NCBI GenBank assembly: GCA_030462125.1
Contig: JAKDZT010000001.1
Span: 1 to 49,593, forward strand
DNA length: 49,593 nt
Reading direction: 5' to 3'
Origin: Tetragenococcus sp.
Lineage (GTDB): Bacteria; Bacillota; Bacilli; Lactobacillales; Enterococcaceae
The notes under the pieces: model-generated
Databases searched by the model: none
What the model saw: the letters and a program-made list of their open reading frames with translations, nothing else
What the model was told of the DNA's origin: nothing
Position numbers and translations under genes: made by a program
Part shown: positions 42,603-49,593 of the stretch, piece after piece
Layout of the letters: the number at the start of each line of letters is the position of its first letter
Position numbering within the stretch: the stretch's first letter is position 1

Positions 42603-43715
42603 ATGAAAATCGGAATACCTAAGGAATTAAAAAACAATGAAAATCGCGTGGCATTACCCCCTTCTGGTGTTTATGAATTAATCCAAAGTGGTCATAGTGT
42701 CGTAGTAGAAACAGAGGCGGGTTTTGGTTCTGCATTTACAGATGAGGCTTATAAAGAAGTAGGCGCAACAGTTGTTAATACTCCTGAAAAAGTTTGGGAA
42801 CAAGACATGGTTATGAAGGTCAAAGAACCATTAGAAGAAGAATATAAATATTTCCGCGAAGGACTCATTTTATTTACTTATTTACACTTAGCAGCTAATA
42901 AACCTGTTGCTCAAGCTTTACAAAAAGCAAAAGTAACAGCAGTCGCTTATGAAAACGTGCAGCTAGATGATAATACGCTACCTCTTTTATCCCCGATGAG
43001 TGAAATCGCCGGACGTATGGCAGCACAAATCGGAGCTGAATTTTTAGAAAGCCCAAAAGGTGGTAAAGGCATTGTTTTAGCCGGCGTCCCAGGCGTGCGT
43101 AAAGGCAAGGTGGTCATTATTGGCGGCGGTGTTGCTGGTACAAACGCTGCTAAAATCGCGCATGGACTTGGTGCCAAAGTAACCATTTTGGATGTCAATA
43201 TTGATCGTCTAAAAGAATTAGATACCGAATTTAACGGCCAAATCGAAACTTTAATGTCAAATAGTTTCAACATCGAAGAGCAATTAAAAACAGCGGACTT
43301 AGTTGTGGGCGCCGTTCTTTTACCTGGACGTAAAGCACCGACTCTTGTTACAAGAGACATGGTTAAAAATATGCCTGATCATTCTGTGGTCATTGATATT
43401 GCCATCGACCAAGGTGGAATCTTTGAAACAGAAACCAAAACAACCACCCATGATGACCCTACTTACATTGAAGAAGGCGTTACGCATTATGCGGTTGCCA
43501 ACATGCCAGGTGCTGTAGCACAAACGGCTACTATTGCTTTAAGTAATTCTACCTTACCTTTTGCCAAAAAATTGGTTCAAGCACCCATTGAAGAAGTTCT
43601 ACAAAATGAACCGGCATTATATCGCGGTACAAATACGTATAAAGGGTATTTGGTACATGCAGCAGTGGCGGAAGATCTTGAAATTGAACATACCTCATTA
43701 AAAGATTTACTATAA
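42603..43715 (+). CDS. ald: Alanine dehydrogenase
   Basis: [42 protein letters not shown]. Confidence 0.97.
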   Translation: MKIGIPKELKNNENRVALPPSGVYELIQSGHSVVVETEAGFGSAFTDEAYKEVGATVVNTPEKVWEQDMVMKVKEPLEEEYKYFREGLILFTYLHLAANKPVAQALQKAKVTAVAYENVQLDDNTLPLLSPMSEIAGRMAAQIGAEFLESPKGGKGIVLAGVPGVRKGKVVIIGGGVAGTNAAKIAHGLGAKVTILDVNIDRLKELDTEFNGQIETLMSNSFNIEEQLKTADLVVGAVLLPGRKAPTLVTRDMVKNMPDHSVVIDIAIDQGGIFETETKTTTHDDPTYIEEGVTHYAVANMPGAVAQTATIALSNSTLPFAKKLVQAPIEEVLQNEPALYRGTNTYKGYLVHAAVAEDLEIEHTSLKDLL

Positions 43716-43718
43716 AGC

Positions 43719-43755
43719 AAAAAAGAGGGCCTTTTTGAAAAGGTCCTCTTTTTTT
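43719..43755 (+). terminator. ald terminator
   Basis: AAAAAAGAGGGCCTTTT...AAAAGGTCCTCTTTTTTT. Confidence 0.85.
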
Positions 43756-43916
43756 ATGGATTTTTCCAAATTTTTTTAATAACTTTTTAATTAGCTCGTT
43801 ATTTTTCTAACTTGTCTTAAATGCTATCAGCAAAAATAGAAAATGTGTTATGATAAAAGCAATAATAGCAAATGAAAATTGCTAAACTAAACAATAGTTA
43901 TAAAGGAAGGATAACC

Positions 43917-44912
43917 ATGGAAGATTTTTTAGCTTTTGAAGTGACACAAACAGAAAACGTCTTTTCTCGCGGAATTGTACAAAAACAATTAGGTGTACTA
44001 AAGAAAGATCAAGTTCGTGTCCAAGTGGAATACTCTGATATTAATTATAAAGATGCTCTAGCAGCTAGCAAAAATAGTGGCGTTGTTAGCGACTATCCCA
44101 AAGTTATTGGAATTGATTTAGCGGGAACCATCATTGCAACAAATGCTGAAAATTGGGCAATTGGACAAAAAGTCTTAGTCACCGGCTACGGACTGGGTGT
44201 CAGTGAAGACGGCGGCTTTAGCCAAATCCAAGATGTTCCAGCTGAATGGCTTGTTGAATTGCCAGATGACTTAACGACAAAAGATGCTATGAAATTTGGT
44301 ACAGCTGGGTTTACAGCAGCCCTAGCCGTTCAAGCACTAGCAAAAGAAACTCCTGAAACAAACTCACCAATACTTGTTACTGGAGCAACGGGCGGTGTCG
44401 CTAGTACAGCGGTCGCGCTATTACACCAATTAGGTTATACCAACATCACTGCACTATCATCTAAAAAAGAGCAAGCAGGATGGTTGATAGATTTGGGAGC
44501 TACGGACATTAAAACACCCGAAGAAATTTTGCCCGAAAAGAAGAGACCTTTAGGCAAACAAAAATTTGCTGCTGTATTTGATACTGTGGGTGGCGAAATT
44601 TTCGCCGGACTACTTCCGCTTATCCAGTACAATGGATGTGCCGTTTTATGTGGTAACGCGAGTGGTATTACCTTAGAGACAACGGTTTTACCATTTATTT
44701 TACGTAGTATCAAAATGATTGGCATTGACTCAGTTGAAGTAGAAATGGCCCAAAGAAAACCAGTGTGGCAATTTTTAGCTGAACACAAATCGGTATTAGA
44801 ACAATTATCTTATCAAGAAGTTGATTTAACTGATTTAGATGAAACCATTGAAGCCTTGCTAAATGGTACGCATTCCGGTCGTACTATTGTCGATTTAGGA
44901 GGAAAAAAATGA
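43917..44912 (+). CDS. YhdH/YhfP (AcuI, acryloyl-CoA reductase) family MDR oxidoreductase
   Basis: YSDINYKDAL, GIDLAG, VTGYGLG, GTAGFTA, VTGATGGV, PFILR..MIGIDSV; ATG 43917 chosen from RBS. Confidence 0.9.
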   Translation: MEDFLAFEVTQTENVFSRGIVQKQLGVLKKDQVRVQVEYSDINYKDALAASKNSGVVSDYPKVIGIDLAGTIIATNAENWAIGQKVLVTGYGLGVSEDGGFSQIQDVPAEWLVELPDDLTTKDAMKFGTAGFTAALAVQALAKETPETNSPILVTGATGGVASTAVALLHQLGYTNITALSSKKEQAGWLIDLGATDIKTPEEILPEKKRPLGKQKFAAVFDTVGGEIFAGLLPLIQYNGCAVLCGNASGITLETTVLPFILRSIKMIGIDSVEVEMAQRKPVWQFLAEHKSVLEQLSYQEVDLTDLDETIEALLNGTHSGRTIVDLGGKK

Positions 44913-45658
44913 GAGTATTAGTTACCGCCGGTGGTACTTCGGAAAAAATCGATGATGTGCGTTCTATTACGAACCATTCCTCCGGACGTTTAGGAAGTTT
45001 AATTGCCGAAGGATTTCTAAAAAAACAATTTGTAGTCGATTATGTCACAACTGCCCAAGCAAAACGCCCTACGGAAAATAAAAATCTACAATGCTATGAA
45101 ATTGCTGGCACACAAGACCTGACAGAGCAGCTACAAAAATTATTGCAAGAAAAACATTATGACGCTGTGATCCACAGCATGGCAGTGAGCGATTTTACAC
45201 CGGCACAAAGTTTCTCCCAAGAAGATTTCTTAGAAGAACTGAATTATTTGTTCCAAGAAAAAAAAGGCCCCTTAGATAAAGAAGATCTTGCGCAGTTAGC
45301 CACTCCTGCAACAAAAGATGAAAAGAAAATCTCTTCTGATACGGACCAACTTTATTTAGTTTTAGAAAAAACCCCCAAAGTGATCCAATTGATCAAACAA
45401 ATCCAACCAGAAGTTTTACTGGTAGGATTTAAATTACTCGTTGATGTTTCCAAAGAAACCTTAATTAATGCAGCACAAACAAGCTTTAAAAAAAATCAAG
45501 CCGATTATATTCTAGCAAATGATTTAGCAAAAATTAAGAGCGGTCAACACATTGGCTATCTATTGGATAAACAAGGTCAAATTGTTGGCGAAAAACAAAC
45601 CAAGGAAGACATTGCCCAATTAATTGTAGAAACTATCAACAATCACTATAGGAGGTAA
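44909..45658 (+). CDS. coaB: Phosphopantothenate-cysteine ligase
   Basis: VTAGGTSEKIDDVRSITNHSSG, HSMAVSDF, VGFKL, LAND. Confidence 0.93.
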   Translation: MRVLVTAGGTSEKIDDVRSITNHSSGRLGSLIAEGFLKKQFVVDYVTTAQAKRPTENKNLQCYEIAGTQDLTEQLQKLLQEKHYDAVIHSMAVSDFTPAQSFSQEDFLEELNYLFQEKKGPLDKEDLAQLATPATKDEKKISSDTDQLYLVLEKTPKVIQLIKQIQPEVLLVGFKLLVDVSKETLINAAQTSFKKNQADYILANDLAKIKSGQHIGYLLDKQGQIVGEKQTKEDIAQLIVETINNHYRR

Positions 45659-45663
45659 ATAAA

Positions 45664-46218
45664 ATGACGAAACATATTTTATTAGGAGTTACAGGGAGTA
45701 TTTCTGCCTATAAATCTGCCGACCTTGCTAACCATTTAACAAAAAAAGGCTATGCTGTGGATGTCCTCATGTCAAAAAGTAGCCAAGAATTTATAACACC
45801 GTTGACCTTACAATCTTTGACTCATCGTAAAGTACATACCGATGTAATGGAGGAACCAGATCCTAGTAAAATTAACCACATCGAATTAACAAAACCTGCC
45901 GATTTGTTCTTAGTTGCACCAGCAACGGCGAACATTATTGGTAAACTGGCAAATGGTCTGGCGGATAATTTAATTAGTACAGTAGCGCTTGCTTTACCAA
46001 GCGATCGCGCAAAATTAATTGCACCAGCAATGAATTCAAATATGTATGAGCATCCTATTGTACAAAAAAACTTGCGAACATTAAAAGATATGGGCTACAA
46101 AGTAATTGATCCACGGGAGTCGTTACTTGCCTGTGGGGATTTTGGACCAGGGGCATTAGCTAACGATGAAAATCTTATCGAAGAAGCCATCAATACTCTT
46201 GAGGGCAAGGAGGCTTGA
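45664..46218 (+). CDS. coaC: Phosphopantothenoylcysteine decarboxylase
   Basis: GVTGSISAYK, APATAN, APAMNSNM, LACGD.G.G. Confidence 0.94.
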   Translation: MTKHILLGVTGSISAYKSADLANHLTKKGYAVDVLMSKSSQEFITPLTLQSLTHRKVHTDVMEEPDPSKINHIELTKPADLFLVAPATANIIGKLANGLADNLISTVALALPSDRAKLIAPAMNSNMYEHPIVQKNLRTLKDMGYKVIDPRESLLACGDFGPGALANDENLIEEAINTLEGKEA

Positions 46219-46221
46219 CGA

Positions 46222-46854
46222 ATGCAGCAAAAACAAAAAACCTTTCGGCTGGTTTTAACTGCTTTTTTTCTGGCGATTCTACTGTTGCTTGCCTCTGTGC
46301 CCTTTCTTGGTTTCATTCCAATCGGTCCTTTGAACGCGACTACTTTGCATATTCCTGTCATTATCGCCTCAATCATTTTGGGACCACGACTTGGCGCTTT
46401 TTTAGGAGCTAGTTTTGGTTTAATCAGTATGATTCGGGCAACCATTATTGTAACGCCTTTATCTTTTGTTTTTTCTCCTTTTATCGCGCCTTTTGGAGCT
46501 AGTGGTTACGGTAGTTGGAAAGCCTTGCTCATTGTTTTTATTCCGCGGATTTTAATCGGAATTGTGCCTTATTACTGTTATCGATGGTTTGAAAAACGCA
46601 AGAAAAGCCAAGGAATCGGGCTTTTTATTGCTGGTTTATTAGGAGGCATTGTTAATACTGTCGTTGTCATGAACATGGTCTATTTTTTATTTCAAAGAGA
46701 ATACGCCCAGATCATTGGCGAAGCCGGCGGTGCCGTTTACACAGCGATTCTGTCCATTATTTTTGCCCAGGGGGTCCCTGAAGCCATTGTTGCAGGGATC
46801 GCTACAGCTGGAGTTGCCTCAGTTTTATTGCGCTTTTTAAAAAAACGAGTATAA
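46222..46854 (+). CDS. panT: ECF transporter S component, pantothenate (PanT)
   Basis: LGFIPIG...TTLHIPVII, PRILIG, NTVVVM; downstream of coaBC. Confidence 0.85.
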   Translation: MQQKQKTFRLVLTAFFLAILLLLASVPFLGFIPIGPLNATTLHIPVIIASIILGPRLGAFLGASFGLISMIRATIIVTPLSFVFSPFIAPFGASGYGSWKALLIVFIPRILIGIVPYYCYRWFEKRKKSQGIGLFIAGLLGGIVNTVVVMNMVYFLFQREYAQIIGEAGGAVYTAILSIIFAQGVPEAIVAGIATAGVASVLLRFLKKRV

Positions 46855-46888
46855 AAAAAGAGATTGCTATATAGCAGTCTCTTTTTTT
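46853..46888 (+). terminator. Terminator of coa-panT operon
   Basis: AAAAAAAGAGATTGCTAT/ATAGCAGTCTCTTTTTTT. Confidence 0.8.
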
Positions 46889-46993
46889 ATATCCTATTCC
46901 TAATTTCAGGATAACTGTTTTTGATTATTCCTTTTCTTAATTAAGCTCGTAACTTTAGCAAACTTACGGGCTTATTTCCCTTTAGCACACTAT

Positions 46994-47932
46994 TTATATT
47001 TTTTCACTCTCATCTAACGCTGATTCATTGGCTTCTTCACCGATAATTCGAACTTCTGTCTGCAAATTCACATCAAATTTTTCTTTAATCACAGCTTGAA
47101 TATGTCCAATTAATTCAACGTAATCTGTGGCAGTGGCGCCATCTAGATTGATAATAAAACCAGCATGCTTATTTGAAACTTGAGCTCCACCCCACTGCAA
47201 ACCTTGCAATCCAGCTTGTTGAATCAATTGACCCGTAAAATGGCCTGGTGGTCGCTTGAAGACACTTCCGCATGAAGGATACTCCAAAGGTTGTTTAGAT
47301 TCTCTTAGATAAGTCAATTCATCCATACGTTCTTTGATAAAATGATGCTGCCCTTTTTTTAAGGCAAAGCGCGCATTTAAAATAATACCATGACGTACTT
47401 GAATGATACTATGTCGGTAGCTAAAATCCATATCTTGGTTTGAAAGAGTTTGTAACGTACCATCAGGCATTAAAACCTCACAAGAATCAAAAACATCTTT
47501 AATTTCCCCGCCGTAAGCGCCAGCATTCATAAACACGGCCCCACCGACGCTTCCAGGGATGCCACAGGCAAATTCTAAACCACTCAAAGAAGCTTCAAGC
47601 GCTGCATAACTAGTATCAATCAAGCGCGCACCAGCTTGTACTTCAACGACATTGTCGGTGACTTGAATTTGATCCATCGATAAAAGCATAATCACCAGAC
47701 CGCGAATACCACCATCTCGTACAATTAAATTACTAGCATTGCCTAAAACTAACCAAGGAATATCATGATTACGACAATATAAAACCAGCTTTTCCGCTTC
47801 TTCTGTTGACTCGGGAAAAGCCAAAACATCTGCGGGGCCGCCCGTTTTTGTAAATGTATAATATTTTAAAGGTTCATCTATTAATAAATTAATCGTAGGA
47901 AATTGTCGTACTAATTTTTCTTTATCCACCAA
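46994..47932 (-). CDS. murB: UDP-N-acetylenolpyruvoylglucosamine reductase
   Basis: TGGPAD, GNASN, GIPGSVGGAVFMNAGAYG, YRHS, PSCGSVFKRP, KHAGF. Confidence 0.97.
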   Translation of the reverse strand: MVDKEKLVRQFPTINLLIDEPLKYYTFTKTGGPADVLAFPESTEEAEKLVLYCRNHDIPWLVLGNASNLIVRDGGIRGLVIMLLSMDQIQVTDNVVEVQAGARLIDTSYAALEASLSGLEFACGIPGSVGGAVFMNAGAYGGEIKDVFDSCEVLMPDGTLQTLSNQDMDFSYRHSIIQVRHGIILNARFALKKGQHHFIKERMDELTYLRESKQPLEYPSCGSVFKRPPGHFTGQLIQQAGLQGLQWGGAQVSNKHAGFIINLDGATATDYVELIGHIQAVIKEKFDVNLQTEVRIIGEEANESALDESEKI

Positions 47933-47999
47933 AAATTTCTCCTTTTTCCAAACGTCTTACTCATTCTATCACGTTCTTCATAAGCTGACTACTGATTGT

Positions 48000-48917
48000 T
48001 TAAGTCATTCTACTTTTTTCAACTTGTTTTAACATTTCAGTACAGATTTTATGGCTATCATAAATATTTTCTTGGCGTAAATCAGCTACTGACCTAGTTT
48101 TTAAGGCAGTAAGAAAAGCTTGTACCATGGGATGAAAACCACGCTTCACTAAGGTGTTTTCCCAATCGTTAAAGGATTCCACTTCTTCCTGTCTTCCTTT
48201 TTGATTTGTAAGTTTCGTTAAATTAGCTAAATGGTACGTTCCTTGAGCAGTAGATAACTGATAGTTTTCTTGATTGGCGCCACTTTTGTTATCCATCGTT
48301 AGAAGCGACGTCGTTTGTTTGGTTTCCAGCTTAAGCGCAGCTATTTCTAAATGTTGTGTCGTTTCACAAATATCACTAGAAAAAGATTGGATAGAATCGT
48401 CTAAAAGATAAACTGCAGTGTCGACTAGATGCAAAAATACATCAAATAACTCAAAAGATGTTGGATTATCATTAGCTACTTGGTTTTTTTGTAACAGCAA
48501 CATGCGCTTATCTTTTTGTATTTTCAATTTTTCTACCATAGGAGCAAAGCGACGGTTGAAACCCACCATCAAAATGCATCCTTTTTCTTTTGCTAGAGCT
48601 AGCAATTCTTCTACTTCAGCAAGGTTTTCGCTTAAAGGTTTATCGACAAATACGTCCACCTGGTTTTCTAAGCATTTTTTTACTAGCTGATAATGACTAG
48701 CCGTGGCCGTATGAATAAAACAAGCTTGAATTCCTGCGGTTAAAAGCTCGTCCAAATTATTTTTCATATGCTGCAGATGATAGACATTTTGTAATTTTTC
48801 TTGTACTTCTTTATTTCTGGTGGCAAAATAGAACTCTGCCTGATCCTGCATTTGTATATAGTTAGGTAAATAAGCTTTTTGTGCAATATTTCCTAATCCA
48901 ACAACACCTACCTTCAT
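48000..48917 (-). CDS. Gfo/Idh/MocA family oxidoreductase (MviM-like)
   Basis: VGLGNIAQKAYLP, VDKP, VGFNRRFAP, D..IH-like DVFLH. Confidence 0.9.
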   Translation of the reverse strand: MKVGVVGLGNIAQKAYLPNYIQMQDQAEFYFATRNKEVQEKLQNVYHLQHMKNNLDELLTAGIQACFIHTATASHYQLVKKCLENQVDVFVDKPLSENLAEVEELLALAKEKGCILMVGFNRRFAPMVEKLKIQKDKRMLLLQKNQVANDNPTSFELFDVFLHLVDTAVYLLDDSIQSFSSDICETTQHLEIAALKLETKQTTSLLTMDNKSGANQENYQLSTAQGTYHLANLTKLTNQKGRQEEVESFNDWENTLVKRGFHPMVQAFLTALKTRSVADLRQENIYDSHKICTEMLKQVEKSRMT

Positions 48918-49036
48918 CGCTTTTCCACTCCTTTTAAAATAGATTTGCTTTCATACTATCGTATTTTTCAATAAAACAAAAATATATACAATCCAATGTA
49001 GGCGAATTAGCCAACGAATCTTTCGTTCCAGATCAT

Positions 49037-49065
49037 TTGAAGAAAATTTTGGTTGGTGCTAAAAT
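49037..49065 (+). promoter_or_regulatory. SigA promoter of exonuclease gene
   Basis: TTGAAG-17-TAAAAT with extended -10 TG. Confidence 0.6.
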
Positions 49066-49139
49066 GCATAGAGGTATTACAAGGGACGATCGCGGCTCAA
49101 TAAGAGCAGATCAAACCCTTTAACAGGAGATGACTAATA

Positions 49140-49593
49140 ATGAACTTTGTCGCAATGGACTTTGAAACGGCTAACTATCAAAAACACAGCGCGTGTTCCT
49201 TAGCGCTTGTTATGGTGGAAAATAGCCAAATTGTCGATGAATATTATACCTTAATTAAACCCGAAACAAATTTTTTCTGGAAAAATATCCAAATCCATGG
49301 CATTCACCCAGAAGATGTTGAAGACGCCCCAAAATTTCCAGAAGTTTGGCAAACGATACAGCCCTATTTTCAAGAAAATAATTTAGTTGTAGCGCACAAT
49401 GCCGGCTTTGATAATAGTGTATTAACTGGTTGCTTGAATTATTATAATTTAGAACCTGCTCGCTTTTTGTCGTTATGTACAGTCAAAACCAGTCGTAAAC
49501 TTTTTCCCGAAGTTAGTAATCATCGTTTGAATACAATGTGTGACTTTTTGCAAATCCCGCTTGACCATCACCATGATGCATTGGCTGATAGTC
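49140..49593 (+). CDS. DEDDh 3'-5' exonuclease (DnaQ/PolIII-epsilon-like), truncated by window end
   Basis: Not in ORF track; manual translation MNFVAMDFETAN...IHGI...VAHNAGFD...HHDALADS; AGGAG RBS. Confidence 0.9.
   Translation, partial: MNFVAMDFETANYQKHSACSLALVMVENSQIVDEYYTLIKPETNFFWKNIQIHGIHPEDVEDAPKFPEVWQTIQPYFQENNLVVAHNAGFDNSVLTGCLNYYNLEPARFLSLCTVKTSRKLFPEVSNHRLNTMCDFLQIPLDHHHDALADS

Noticed and set aside
49013-49028. LexA (Cheo) box upstream of the exonuclease
   Set aside because: Does not fit GAAC-N4-GTTC on either strand.

Overview
Low-GC Firmicute chromosomal segment with Enterococcaceae-like gene content. Very acidic surface lipoproteins and a duplicated glycine-betaine transporter suggest a halophile such as Tetragenococcus (inference, not verified). 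Most genes are on the minus strand. It is mostly core genome: smpB-rnr-esterase-secG, the cggR-gap-pgk-tpiA-eno operon, rpoN, rpoE, lipL/HD dNTPase, trxA-mutS2-cvpA-zapA/rnhC, ireB-ruvX-DUF1292, rex/ABC-F, ald, coaB-coaC-panT and murB, plus tRNA-Arg(CCG), tRNA-Gly(CCC) and a Met T-box. I saw no IS, integrase, prophage, CRISPR array or defence system. The most notable region is 25.4-32.8 kb. It holds two closely related OpuA/BusA osmoprotectant ABC systems in tandem, one with fused permease-binding domain and one split, flanking a single busR. Each promoter carries a differently degenerate bipartite BusR operator, and the fused copy has a His-to-Gln change in its betaine pocket. Other points for follow-up are an unexplained ~41-bp hairpin tandem repeat between rpoN and cggR, an atypical GAPDH within the conserved glycolytic operon, an acuI/yhdH-like gene coupled to coaBC-panT, and an orphan amidinotransferase-family gene. 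Family assignments come from motif recognition and recalled reference sequences, not database searches.
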